Numbered from the stretch's first letter, positions 12,551 to 26,763 are shown. The stretch is 64,000 bases of DNA from Eledone cirrhosa (GCA_964016885.1 OZ024741.1:344968001-345032000), one strand, 5' to 3'. Made by a program: numbers and translations. Notes: a model not told the origin generated them from the sequence alone.

Positions 12551-14783
12551 TCTCCCCCTCTCTCTCTCACTCTGTGCTTCTTTTGTTTTTTTTTCTGGTA
12601 AGTCTCTTACTTTCTCTATACCTACTCAGTCTTTTTAATATTTAACTATTGTTTAAACTTTCCTGATTAATTCATTGCCCAATCCCATCCTTCATCATTA
12701 TTATCATTATCATCATCATCATCATCATCTGCTACTGGAGATAACCACAATTCATAATTAGTTACAGCATTTAAACCTGCTGCATCTGGCCAGAATTCTC
12801 TCACATCTTTCTGTTCTAACCAGCTGTAATCAGCCACTCATACCAACATTAAGGTATTATTCTCAAAATAAATAATTGTTTCTACTTTAGGCACAAGGCC
12901 AGCAATTACTCAGTGCATTACTGGTACTTTATTTTATCGACCCCGTAAGGATGAAAGGCAAAGTCAACCTCGGCGGGATTTGAACTCAGATCGTAAAAGG
13001 ACGTAACTATGCTGGAAAGCATGGCGTCCGACGTTCTACCGATACTGCCAATCCACCTAACAATAATTGTTTCTACTTTAGGCACAAGGCCAGCAATTAC
13101 CCAGTGCATTACTGGTACTTTATTTTATCGACCTCGTAAGGATGAAAGGCTAAGTCAACCTCGGTGGGATTTGAACTCAGATCGTAAAGGGTGAGATAAT
13201 AATGTGAGGTAAAGCCTTTACCATGAAAATGCAATAGTAAATATAGAGTAATGTAAATACTAAAGGTGGTATAGTATTTGTGATGCCTGTCATTTAATGG
13301 TTTCACACATTGTCATGTTGATTCTGCTTGAGCTTTACATAACCGTCCGCTTCTACTGATGTTAAGGTATTGTTCTCAAAATAAATATCACAATCTCATA
13401 AATATGATATTATGCGAGGTAAAGTCTTTGCCGTGAAAATACAATAGTATATATGCTAAAGGGTTAAAAAGCCCTGGTCATTTGTGTCCTTTGAATCGTT
13501 AGGCAGAATATTAACTCAGAATTTAAAGGTGCTGGAACAGATACCACAAAACATCTTGTCCAACACCGAAGAGAATGAAAGGCAAAGTTGACCGTGGCAG
13601 GATTGGAACTTTGTCTGAGTGCTGAGAGTCAAATCAAATACCACAAGATATTCTAACCAGTTCTCTACTAAATCTACCAATTAGCAGCCATTTAGTTACC
13701 AATGTACTGATTGAAAATTTCTCTGTTTGACCAAATGTCTGCTTTCATTCCTTCAAAGATATCATTGTTGTTGTTGTTCTTGTTTTTGTTGTAAAACTTG
13801 TTAAATTTCATTTTTCTCTCTTCAAGGTACCACGATCTCCAGCCCTGTGAATACCGGCCAGGAAGTAGATACACGTAAGATAATTCCAATATTTCTGTAT
13901 GCATGGATTGGCAGTATTTGTATAGGGTTGGACACCATGCTTTGCGGCATAGAGTTACGTCCCTTTACGGTCTGAGTTCAAATTTTGCTGAAGTTAGCTC
14001 TGCCTTTCATCCTTACGGGGTCAATAATAAAGTAAAGTACCAGTAATGCACTGGAGTAATTTCTGGCCTTGTGCCAAAAGTAGAAACAATTATTTCTTTA
14101 TGCATGTATCCCATAATCATTCAATGGCAGCAACAGATAGCCACAATCCTCTTCTACCCAATGAAGGTTTTATAATCAAATCTAGTCCCATGATCAAGTG
14201 ATTAAATTTGGTTATCAGTGAGGTTTGAATCCTCAGGCAGAATTTGAACTCAAAAATACAATACCTTGGTTGGATTTAAACTCAGAATGTAATGGGATAT
14301 AACTATATATTGGCACAAGGCTAGAAATTTGTGAGAAGGGAAAAAGTTGATTATATCAACCCCAGTGCATTACTGGTACTTTATTTCATGTAAAGATAAA
14401 AGGCAAAGTTGACCTTGGTGGAATTTGAACTCAGTTGGTAAAGAGCCAGAAAAATATTGCTATGCATGTCTCTGATGATCTAATGATCTGCCAAACACAC
14501 CAATGGACCACTACTTTATATATCGGACCTGAAAGAATGAAAGTCAAAATTGCCCTGAGAGGGATTTGAACTTTGTGTGCAGAAAGCAGTAACAAATATT
14601 GAAAGGCATTCTTCTGATATCTACTTCAATTGTTGTGTTTTCATGTAAAACCTCTTCCTCTTATCACCAGCTTCCTTACAGCAACACACAAAACCTTCAG
14701 GACCTTGCTAACATGGGCAATCCTCCAATATCAGACAAAGCAATGCATCAATTGGAGTACTGTATCAGTTATATCATCATCAC

Positions 14784-14824
<41 letters not shown>

Positions 14825-15294
14825 CCATCACCATCACCACCATTTAATGTCTATTTTCCATGCTTGCATGAATTAGATTGGTTGTCATGTCTTGAGGCTA
14901 GACTAGTCAGGTGACCATGTTTTGCTCATACATTCCATTTTTGGCTTGGTTTTTATGGTTGGATGCCCTTTCTAACACAACCCTCCTTACAGCATGTGCT
15001 GGGAGCATGGTTTCTCTATCTTTCAGTCACTCTTCTATATATCTTTTTCTCTCTCTCACCCTCAGTCCGCTCTCAAACTCCACTATACCTTTCTTTCTCG
15101 CTCTCAGTCCTCTGTCATACATATCTCTCTCTCTCAGTCGCCTCAAATACCTCTCTCTCTCATCCTCAGTCCCCTCTCCTACACCTCTCTCTCTCTATCT
15201 CACTCTTGTATTATATTCATCTGTTTAATCATAAAACATTTTCAATTTCCCTCTTCTCTCTCTTTCTTTCTCCCCACCCTTTCTCCCTGTCCCT

Positions 15295-15400
15295 CTCCCC
15301 TTCTTTCTCCCTGCACCACTCCCCCTCTTTCTCCCCGCACCACTCCCCCTCTTTCTCCCCGCACCACTCACCCTCTTTCTCCCCGCACCACTCCCCGCTC
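15295..15400. repeat. 24-bp pyrimidine-rich tandem repeat, about 4 copies
   Basis: CCCCGCACCACTCCCCCTCTTTCT units upstream of the exon acceptor. Confidence 0.85.
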
Positions 15401-15513
15401 CCTCTCTCCCTCTTTCTCTCCCCCTCTCCTTCTTTCTCACATCTAGGACTCCACTTCATTTCTATCCACTACAATTTCATATTTATAACCTCTAACTTTC
15501 TATACCTTTCCAG

Positions 15514-16801
15514 GCTCTGACCGTGTACTTCGGCCAATGATATTGACGAAGCAACTTGACCTACCTTGCTATGAGTATCCTCCATATGTATCCACCTCAA
15601 CACCACGCACCAACCTAGCCAAAGAACTCGAGAAATACAACCGGCCACCCACCGAATTCCAAACATATCAATCGAAGCTATATCCTGGCAAACCCATTGC
15701 TCCCAAACCGAAGGACTCAACCATTGATCGACCAAACATCTTGAGCAAACGCCCAAACTACAAACCGCAGTATCGATACGATCCTCAAGTCCCTGTAGCC
15801 CTTAACCTCTCCACAAAAGCAGCAGCAGCAGCAGCAGCAGCTGCTGCTGCTGCTTCGACCACTGCTTCAACGACGAATACAGTGAACTGTGTGACAAACG
15901 GCTCTGGGCTGGACCTCACCATGAAACCGATGCCCGGTGTGTCTGTGGCTGGGGCGTCACCTTCGACATCAATAAACATTACTGCTGGATCTGGATTGAT
16001 GACGACTGCCACCACGACCATTGCCAGCATCACAACCACAACGTCGCTGCCAGGTGGCAGCATGTTGCCGCTGACAAGCCGCAGCAGCAACAACAACAAC
16101 AACACCACCAGCACTAACAGTAGCAGCGGCGGCAACAGCAGCAGCAGCCCTGGCAATTGTGCTATTGCCATTGCTAACGCTGCTGCTGCTGCTGCCGGTG
16201 GTGGTGGTGCTGCTGCTGCTGTTGCTGGTAGTGGTGTCGGCGGTGGCGCAGGTACTGGTCTTCTGGAAACATCAAATGTTAATGTCATCCAGCAGCAACA
16301 ACAGCAGCAGCAACAACAACAACAACAACAACAACTCCAACAACAACAACAACAACAACAACAACAGCACCAACACCAAAACCACCATCACCAACAACAG
16401 CATCAGCAACAACAACAACAACAACAGCAACAACAACAACAGCCACCACCACATCAACATCAACAACAATCTCCACATCATCAACAACAACAACAACAAC
16501 AACAACATCAGCAGCAGCAGCAGCAACCACAACACACGGCACACCAGGTATCTCAACCTGATACAGGGAACTTATCTTCTCATCAAACACACCACCATCA
16601 TCAGCAACAGCCTGATGACTTAATGGTTGCCTCCTCCCCATCAGCACTTTCAGTTGTCACATCCATACCTGCTTCACTTTCATCACCATCCTTGAACACT
16701 GCTATATCATCATCATCACCATCATCAAAAGGAGACTACAATGGCATGGCTGTATCACCAGTAAACGTTCCTGCCTTGGAGAAAACAGTCTGTGTCAATG
16801 G
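15514..16801 (+). CDS. MYT1L: MYT1/MYT1L/ST18-family transcription factor, large exon with MYT1 domain and polyA/polyQ tracts
   Basis: cctttccAG acceptor and GG|gtaagt donor. Translates SDRVLRPMILTKQLDLPCYEY...TPRTNLAKELEKY, matching the vertebrate MYT1L motif SDRVLRPMCFVKQLE...TPRSNLAKELEKY (recalled). LNLS/LDLT motifs are present. Confidence 0.93.
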
Positions 16802-16836
16802 GTAAGTTCTTTTTCTCCTTTTAGCATCAGTAACTA

Positions 16837-17110
16837 GGCATGTGGCCTCGTGGTAAGGGTGTTTCACTTACGATTGTAATGTTATGGGTTCGATTCCTGG
16901 GCTGGGTTGTGTGTTGTGTTCTTGAGCAAAACCACTTCATTTCACATTGCTCCAGTATACTCAACTGAAAATGTGTACCAGCAATAGCCGGGGGTTTAAC
17001 TCTGTGATGGACTGGCATCCTGTCCAGGGGGGAGTCTTGTATTCTTAGTCACTTCATGCCCTGAAACCGGGATAGGCATCAACTCAATGTGCTACTTGCA
17101 GCGCATGAGG
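16837..17110 (+). mobile_element. Second tRNA-type SINE (family B); related heads at about 2130-2460(-), 9240, 19388, 24250-24590(-), 26775-27085(-), 37685, 39660-40050(-) and 46400-46750
   Basis: GTGGCCTCGTGGTAAGG A-box, GGTTCGATTCC B-box, GTGTTCTTGAGCAA core and GATGGACTGGCATCCTGTCCAGGG block. Several relatives end in the RTE-like tail. Confidence 0.75.
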
Positions 17111-18711
17111 GGATGTATGCATGCATGCAACTCCTTAACCCTATTGCGATGTGTTCCCACTATAGCAGTAATAACCTAGATGGGATCTCTACCAATTTCC
17201 CATTAAAGCGGTAATGGACAACACATGTAGAAAAGGAAGATAAATAGACAACCAATCACATTGCAGCTTTGTAGTTACTTGTGTTTTTGAGTCATTGTTA
17301 ATGGTGTCCCTTATAGCTATTGTTTACTTTTGTTTTAAATTTAAAAAAAACGAATTTTTCTTGTATGTGATGAAATGAGCATGTGATGAACCCAGCACTT
17401 TGTCTGGTGAATAAGTAAGATCTAGATAGACTCTTTACAGTTGATGAAATTATTGATGGTATTTATTCTATGGATGAAGGTGAGCAAGAATTTCAACAGA
17501 TTTACCCTAACACAGACAGCGAGAGCGATTCGGATAATGGAACTTGTGAAAATGGTGAGGAAAGTAGCAGTTCAGGTAAAGAAACTATGTGTGGCCCTCG
17601 CACAGCTGATACAGATAGGGGTGGTGGAGATTATGTAAATCTAGATAAAGGGTGGTTAGACACATTTACTGTGCCTTGTGTTGATTCTCTCTGTTAGTTT
17701 GCCTGCAATTATTACTCTTGAGCTGTGTATACAACTATTTATTTTTTTGCTCAGGAGCCCAGGTGGAAAGTAAAGTTAGACTAGGAGGCCCAAGTTTGAG
17801 AGGGTTAATCCACTCCACATTGAACTGCCTGAAACCACCACCCTCATTTTACGATGAAAAATAGAGGAAGAATCGATCCCAGTACTAGACTGGTACATTT
17901 TTGTTGACCTCGAAAGGATGAAAGACAAAGTTGACCTCAGCAGATTTTGAACTGAGAGAACTAAGAGCTAGAAGGAATACTGCAAAGCATTCTATTCAAT
18001 GTTCTAATGGCTCTGACAATTTGCTGCCTTATATAAATTCACACCTTCCATTATAATTTTATGTAAGAACCCTTGTTAACTTACGTTCCAAACACCAGCT
18101 CAATTATGAGTTAGTTATATTACTGAATATCTCTGCAATTTTGGTTATTTTCAAAATATTTGAAAATCATAAGCAGTGTTTTTCATTAGAAATATGGTAA
18201 CTTGGTCAGCTTCTATATGAGATTTCTAGATGTCTGAGATGAGTTGTTGTCAGTAAGATAATTATTTTTCATGAGTATTAACGATGTTGATATCAAACAA
18301 CCTGAAACTACCTTTGGTTCTACAAGACAAAATTGTTTGTTTTAAAGTCATCATCATCATCTGCCACAGACTGTGTTAGTACTCAAGCCCTCATCTTGCT
18401 TACATATCACACTGAACCAAGTGTTCAAATGGGCTGGGAGCTTGCATCTCTCTTATATGCATCTTCTTTCTCTAGTGAGTGTATTTTACCATGGCACCAA
18501 CACTACGGAGGTGGTGATTTCTTTGACACTGCAGAAGAATCATACTGAACCTATTTAAAATCCTTCAATCACAATTTTACGTAAGGACCTTTATTAAGTT
18601 ATGTTCCAAGCACCAGCTTAATAATGAGAAAGTTAGTTATGTTACTAAATCTTTTCAGATTCGTGATTATATAAAAAATTATTTGAAAATCATTGGTTGT
18701 CTTTCATGAGA

Positions 18712-19380
18712 CAGCAGATTGACAGTATCGGTAGAGTGTCAGACACTATATTTTGCGACATAGAGTTTGGGCCCTTTGTATTCCGAGTTCAAATCCCGCC
18801 GAAGTTAGCTTTGCCTTTCATCTTTATGTAGTCGATAAAATATAGTACCAGTCAAATACTGAGGTCTATATAATGGACATTCTCCTCCCCAAAATTGATA
18901 GATTTGTGCCTCAATGACAAACCATTACTTGGGTAAGGTTGATTGGTGGTTTGGTAGAGCGTCGGATAAAATATTTTGCAGAATTTAACTAAGACATTCT
19001 ACGTTCTTAGTTCAAATCCCACCGAGGTTAACTTTGCTGGGGTCAATAAAATAAAGTACCAGTCAAATACTGGGGTCTATGTAATCGACTTTCTCCCACC
19101 CATGAATTTCAGACTTTGTGTCTAGATTAAAAATCAATAAAGAAAGAATTATTAACATTATATGAGGGAGGTGTATTGGTAGTATTGACAGAACATAAAA
19201 TAAAATGTTTAGTAGTGTTTAGCTATATCTTTCTATGTTCTGAGTTTAAATCCTTCCGAGATCAGCTTTGCCTTTTATTCTTCCGATGTCAATAAAATAA
19301 TGTACCAGTAAAGTACTGAGGTTGATATATAATCAACTTTTTCATTCTCCTAAAATTGTTGGCTTTGTGTCAGAAACTGT
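18712..19380 (+). mobile_element. Cluster of older family A SINE copies
   Basis: Three diverged tandem copies with B-box and core. Confidence 0.75.
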
Positions 19381-21269
19381 CATGTTTATGGCCTAGTGGT
19401 AAGGTTGTTAGACTTACGATCATAATGTCGTGAATTCAATTCTTGGGTTTTGTGTTGTGTTCTTGAGCAAAAAATTTCATTTTACATTGCTTTAGTATAC
19501 TCACCTGCAATGGACTGGCGCCCTCTCTTGGGAAGAGTATTATACTCTCAGTTGCTTCATGCCATGAAACCAGGATAAACACTCGCCTGACAAGCCTCCT
19601 GGCTTGAGACAAACTTTAGACTTAGACTATTATAAACTGATTTATTTGGTGCACTACATCTTTGTGAATTTTGTGGGGAAACTGTACATATGTGGTAACA
19701 GAATTGGAAAGAAGCTACATGGGGACAACATTCTCCTACCACATTTATTTTATTGTGAAGCAAGTTTTTTTAAGTACTTAGTTATGCGTGCATTCATAAT
19801 ATCAACATACAATATATAGAATTGCAGTTATTTTACTATCTACATGTATGCACCTGCAGTGGTATACAGAGGTTTGGTGATGCTCAGGGCCAACTCCTTC
19901 ATTGTATGTTCCTAAAACTTAAGTAGAGGTTCTGACATTAATAAATGTAAGCAAGAATAACACTTTAAACATGTAAAAACAAAAGAAACATGACACAAAC
20001 ACTTCATTCAAATTATTTAAAATCAGCCACATTTATTAAGCCCAGTTCCCAAAATGAGATCTTCTGCCAGGAATCAATCCAACTGTTTCAGATTTTACTA
20101 TTCCCCACCATCACTTATTTCTTCAAACTTCTCCTTTATTTTTCTTTATTCAGACATTTAATGCCCATCTTTAAGGGAATTCTTCTTCATGACCCAACCA
20201 CCTGCTGCGAGATGGTTGACTGGGGCTGGTGTTCACTCTGTCTGCTCTCTGTATGCCAAGCTCCCAACTGACTACCAGTTCTTAATTACTTTACAAATCA
20301 ATTCCCAAACATATAGGCAAATTATTTATTAGAAAATGGAACTGACTTATATACTTATATAATAATGGAATGAATAGAAAAGATATTAGGGGTTAGCTAA
20401 CATCAATGGAAACATTGGAACTATTCAGTTATATAAATATAAAGTAAATGACCTTTTATAATTAACTTATTAATTAATCTCATTCCTTGATGCCTCTTAA
20501 TATTTCTATACAGTAAGCTAGTTACATTAGGGTGAGGCCATCATGTTCATCACCGTTTAACGTCCATTTTTCGATGCTAGCATGGGTTAGACAGGTTGTC
20601 CTGTTTGAAGCGAGTTGGGTCAGGTGACCGTGTCTTGTTCACACAGAACTGTTTCTGGCTTGGATTCTACAGCGGGATGCCCTTCCGAACGCCAACCACA
20701 TTTACAGTATGTGCTGGGTGCTTTTTGTCGTGGGTGCTTTTTGTTGTGTCGCCATCACAACCACTTTACAGTGGTGGGTGTAAGCTTCACTGGATGTATG
20801 CATGTACGGACTAATTATTCCTGGTGAATTCTTAGAGGTGCTGTAGTGATATACAGTATTTCTTTGGCATTTTTTTAACCTGGCACAGCATATCTCCTCA
20901 CCAGCTCTGTTCACAACAAATTCCTTCATGAGAAGGACAAAGAGAGAGGGAAGTGAGATAGAGATATAGGGAGAGAAGCATTCCCAGTACTGGACTGGTA
21001 CTTTTATATTGACCTGGAAAGGTGTAATTGTAGAGGAGCTAGCAAAAATTAGTTGTATCAGCTAGTGTTATCGCACACACTTTGACATGCTGAATCTCCC
21101 CGAGAACCAGGTTCAGAGCACACATGTCTGATAATAATGTACTTTACAGTTCTCTATCTTCTGGCTTCAAACCCCATAATGGAGGGAAAAAGAGAGAGTT
21201 TTGCCTTTCATACTTCCATGATTTGAAGAAATTAAGTCATAATAGGATCAATAAAAATTCAATAAAAAT

Positions 21270-21830
21270 TCATTACATTGTCTTCATCGTCATCATCATC
21301 CTCAGCAGAATCACACCACCGCCATCATTAACAACACCATCATCAGCACAATAACCACTACAATCATCGCCACCAAGAACACTATCCTCTCTATCCTCAT
21401 CATCTTCATCATCATCCTTGCCAGCATCATCACCATTGTCATCATCATCATCATCAACCAGAGCAACACCACCATAACTGCCATCACCACCACCATCACT
21501 GCCATCACCACCACCATCATCATTTCCATCATCACCATCATCATCATTTCCATCAGCAGCAACACCACCTCTTCCGCCCTGACCATGACCACCACCACCA
21601 TCATCACCACCACCATCACCATCATCATCATAATCATTTCCATCAACAGCAGCAACACCTCCTTCACCACCACCACTACCACCATCATCACACAACCACC
21701 ATCATCACCACCACTATCACCACCACCACCACCACTACCATCATCATCACCACCACCACCACCATCATCATCACCACCACGAACATCACCACCACCACTA
21801 TCACCACCACCACCACCACCACCATCTTCA
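21270..21830. repeat. (CAT/CAC)n low-complexity tract
   Basis: Degenerate trinucleotide repeat. Confidence 0.9.
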
Positions 21831-22479
21831 ATATCATTATCTTTATCTTCAGAGGGTGGTACATTGGCAGTATTGGTAGAGGGTCTGACGCCATGCTTTG
21901 CAGCAAAGAGTTACGGCCCTTTACGGTCTGAGTTCAAATCCCGCCGAGATTAACTTTGCCTTTCATCCTTACGGGGTCGATAAAATAAAGTACCAGTAAT
22001 GTACTGGGTAATTGCTGGTGGCCTTGTGCCAAAAGTAGAAACAATTATTATTATATATATATATATATATAATAATATATTCATCATCACCGTTTTACGT
22101 CCGTTCTTCCACACTAGCATGGGTTAGACAGGTTGTCCTGTTGTGGGCAGGGTCCGGTCGGCTGACCATGTCTTGCTCATATGGGAACTGATTCTGGCTT
22201 GATTTCTACAGCTGGATGCCCTTCCTAACACCAACCTCATTTACAGTAAGTGCTGGGTGCTTTTTTTCCATGGTGCCTACACGTCCACTTTACAGTGTGG
22301 GCTGGGTGCTTTTTTGCCGTGGCACCTCCACGACCACTTTGGAGTGAGATGGGGTAGGGGCATATTATCTATATGCTTCAGCTTCGGCTTGTACCCGTGG
22401 GGGGTCAGGTCTTCTCTATTGCTGCGTGACACTAGAGGTCATGGTTGTGTGTCATCGCCTTTGAGAGGTGTAATTGGGT

Positions 22480-22521
<42 letters not shown>

Positions 22522-22655
22522 TATGTATACATATACATACAGACATACATACACACATATATATATATATATATACACACACACATATATACATATACAT
22601 ACATACACACACACATATATATATATACACATATGTATACATATACATACATACA

Positions 22656-22732
<77 letters not shown>

Positions 22733-22904
22733 TGAATATAAAAGAAAAACGAACACAGATATATAAATATATGTGTTCAAATTGCAAGGGACCAGATTCG
22801 CTAAGGTGAAAAGAATACTAACTATAGACAATTGGGTTTGCCTGTCTCAATTTAAGAAAAAAATCAAAAAAATAAATACAAACCGGAATTGTGGTAACTA
22901 CCGA

Positions 22905-22984
22905 TCACCCAGACAGCTTGGTGCTGTTTCGCAATAGTAATTAATTGTGAATAGAAATACCAATTCTTTCTCATCAGTGGGTGA
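22905..22984 (-). ncRNA. Type I hammerhead ribozyme
   Basis: Minus strand: TCACCCA CTGATGA G(38 nt)C GAAA CAGC-ACCAA-GCTG TC TGGGTGA. It has a 7-bp stem I and a GUC site; stem II is imperfect. Confidence 0.75.
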
Positions 22985-23486
22985 CAAATTAGTATCCTAG
23001 ACACTTCTAAGTATATTAAGAAACTGAATAGTGTGCTATATATAATAACGCATATGGTATCTTAGCGTGTCTCACAAACTTACACCACTAAAAATAGCAG
23101 CCAGGTATATTCAACATTTGAAATAACTCAACAAATTAATGGAGCCGAATATATCAAAGGTTTATATTGAGATAGGAACTCAAAATAGTCTCTTACAATA
23201 AAATAGCTCTAAGAAAGAGATATTTCTGAGCCGTTATATAATAATAGAATATAAAAGAAAATCGAACACAGATATATACATATATGTGTTCAAATCGCAA
23301 GGGACCAGATTCGCTAAGGTGAAAAGAATACTAACTATATTCAATTATAATATACAGCTCGGAAAATCTCTTTCTTAGAACTATTTTATTGTAAGAGACT
23401 ATTTTGAGTTCCTAACTCAATATATACCTTTGATATATATATATATATTAGTTTCACACTTGCGAGTGGGGGGGGGGGGAGTATAC

Positions 23487-23560
<74 letters not shown>

Positions 23561-23561
23561 G

Positions 23562-23644
<83 letters not shown>

Positions 23645-23762
23645 TAAAGTGTTAAACAATATTCAATGATTATGTCAAAGAATGAGTTTTACAAGTTTTA
23701 CTACCTTGATTAAATCTTAACCATTTAACATCTCAGGGTATGTCATGTATCATTATATTTTG

Positions 23763-23812
23763 TCTGATGAGGACGTACTGTTATACATCCGAAATATGTA
23801 TAATATGTAATT
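23763..23812 (+). ncRNA. Hammerhead-like motif, core intact, proximal stem I unpaired
   Basis: CTGATGA GGACGTA-CTGTTA-TACATCC GAAA TATG TA. Confidence 0.55.
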
Positions 23813-23844
23813 GATCAAAAGAACATCTATTTTATTAATACTTA

Positions 23845-23890
<46 letters not shown>

Positions 23891-24610
23891 GAAGGAGGTG
23901 TGGTAAGGAACTAGGTGGACTATAACGCACCAGAGTCCTCAATACTTAGTGTAGTAGAGTGGGTAATAAGAAAATGTTCAAGACCCCAACGGCAGAGCTC
24001 AGCCGTTTCGACGGCTATTTCTGGACTTCTGACTAATCCAGAAATAGCCGTGGAAACGGCTTGAGCTCTGCCGTCGGGGTCTTGAACTTTTTCTATATAT
24101 ATATACCCCATTCATTTAGGTTTGTCACCACTGGATAGAACTGGTCATTCCGTATAGTCAACCATGATGTAATATAAGAAAAAGCACTCAATGTTATGCA
24201 ACTTATCCATCTTCATTTATGTTGAATCTTGTTGGTGATGCAAGAAATACATATATCATCATCATCATCATCATTTTACGTCCACTTTTCCCTGCTTGCA
24301 AGGGTGGGACGGGAACTGATTCTGGCTTGATTTCTACAGCTGGATGCCCTTCCTAACACCAACCTCATTTACAGTGAGTGCTGGGTGCTTTTTTGCCGTG
24401 GCACCTCCATGACCACTTTGCAGTGGAATGATATGGACCCCAGTCCCTATCATCTCATTTCTACAGCTGAGTAAACTGGAGCAATGTGAAATAAAGTGTC
24501 TTGCTCAAGGAAACAACACATCACCCGGTCTGAGAATTGAACTCACAACCATTCGGTTGCAGGGCCAATGCTCTAACCACTAAGCCATACATATATTTAT
24601 ATACATATAC

Positions 24611-24645
<35 letters not shown>

Positions 24646-24681
24646 TATATATACACATATACATATATATACATATATTTA

Positions 24682-24944
24682 TATAAACGTTTGTATTTGT
24701 AAAGCCAAAACAATGCAGGTATGGGCATAGAATAAGAATGCAAATGCAAAAGATATTGTTGACAATTAGAACACTGGTTTAACCACTTTACTTCCTTCCG
24801 AAGAAGAGATATTATCTCGAAAATTAAGGACATTTAAATAAATCTAAGGTTAAAGACTAATTGTCAACAATATCTTTTGCATTTGCATTCTTATTCTATG
24901 TCCATACCTGCATTGTTTTGGCTTTACAAATACAAACGTTTATA
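24682..24944. repeat. Inverted repeat, about 85-bp arms, with a hammerhead motif in the spacer
   Basis: ATAAACGTTTGTATTTGTAAAGCC...GACAATTAG / CTAATTGTC...CAAACGTTTAT. Confidence 0.92.
24794..24829 (+). ncRNA. Degenerate minimal hammerhead (U4 to C)
   Basis: CCTT CCGAAGA A GAGAT-ATT-ATCTC GAAA ATT AAGG, then AATAAA. Confidence 0.6.
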
Positions 24945-25508
24945 CCTCATTACATAATGCTTCAAGTGAACTATAACTTCCTCCTATATATATATATTTA
25001 TATATATATATACACAGATAACTACATAAACGGAGAAAGCTATTAGCGATACAATTTCCAATTCACTCAACAAACATTAGGAAATACTGGAGTATATTCC
25101 CAATTTAACGTTTGGGGTGCTAACTATATTGTATTGTGTGGATAAATGGCTGTATTATTTTATATGAGGTATATTAAAGATCTCATTTCCCATTATATAT
25201 ATATATATACACACATACATATATATATTCATATACAAACTAGTCACTTTGTGTATCAAAGAAGCAACAACTACTGTCTGTAAGTGTCAACATTTGTAAT
25301 TTCTCTACCCCTACTCCACACACGTACACACACATCCCCCTCTCACTCCCCCTCTCACTCTTCCTCATCCCTACCATTAAAATTCTAAAGCACTGCCAAA
25401 AGGATTAACAACATCTGCTGTGAAACAAATTAATTTGAGATTAGGCTTAACAGAAAATTCATTTCAGACAAACGTTTGTCATATATATGTGTGTGTGTGT
25501 GTGTGTGT

Positions 25509-25546
<38 letters not shown>

Positions 25547-25782
25547 CACATGAATATACATATGTAATATACACAAATATATATTATCTTAACTATAATA
25601 TATAATAATAATTGTTTCTACGTTAGGCACAAGGCCAGCAATTAACCAGTGTATTACTGGTACTTTATTTTATCGAACCCGTAAGGATGAAAGGCAAAGT
25701 TAACCTCGGCGGGATTTGAACGCCCGACCCTCTACCGATACTGCCAAAATATTATATATATATATATGTGTGTGTGTGTATG

Positions 25783-25825
<43 letters not shown>

Positions 25826-25855
25826 ATGTGTGTGTGTATATATGTGTGTGTGTGG

Positions 25856-25896
<41 letters not shown>

Positions 25897-26732
25897 TGTG
25901 TGTGTGTGTATATATGTGTGTGTGCGTGGTGTATATATGTGCGTGTGTGTGTGTGTATGTGTGTGTATATGTGTGTGTGTATATATGTGTGTGTGTGGGT
26001 ATATATATATGTGTGTGTGTATATATATGTGTGTGTGTGTATATGTGTGTGTGTATATGTGTGTGTGTATATATGTGTGTGTGTGTGTATATATGTGTGT
26101 GTGTATATATAAATATATATATGTATATTTATGTGCGTGTGTATATATATATATATATGTATGTATATATATGTGTGTGTGTATATATATATGTATATAT
26201 ATATGTATATATATATGTGTGTGTATATATATACAGTAGTAGTAGTAGTAGTAGTGCATACAAAGCTATTAAGGCAGATTGAAATATACATATTTATTAG
26301 AACAAATAAGTGTTTACCTTACTCATACAATTGACTGAGCCATTAGAATTTCAGGCAGAATGTTTTGTGGTATTTATTTCACCTCTCGGCAATCTGAATT
26401 CAAATTATAATGTGAACAAGTTTGTCTTTCAGTTTGTGGCTTGGTAGATAAATAAAATAGCAATCTATGGTAATGGATTGGTGTGATTGGGTAAGCATCA
26501 GCTAAGATTGCCTTGTGCTACCTTTTCCAACTATTTACATTTGTTTTGGCAGTATCAGTAGAGGGTCGGACGCCATGCTTTCCAGCATAGTTACGTCCCT
26601 TTATGATCTGAGTTCAAATCCCACCGAGGTTAACTTTGCCTTTCATCTTTACGGGGGTCGATAAAATAAAGTACCAGTAATACACTGGGTAATTGCTGGC
26701 CTTGTGCCTAAAGTAGAAACAATTATTGTGTG

Positions 26733-26763
<31 letters not shown>

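Noticed and set aside
15785-16647. Overlapping antisense and alternate-frame ORFs on the large exon; also 28531-29472 opposite the RT
   Set aside because: Shadow frames of real coding or triplet-repeat sequence.
17135-17808. Acidic ORF 17470-17697 between TTAACCC and GGGTTAA, maybe a piggyBac relic or exon
   Set aside because: TIRs match only a few bases and no catalytic motifs are present. Exons 16801 and 34040 already join in frame.
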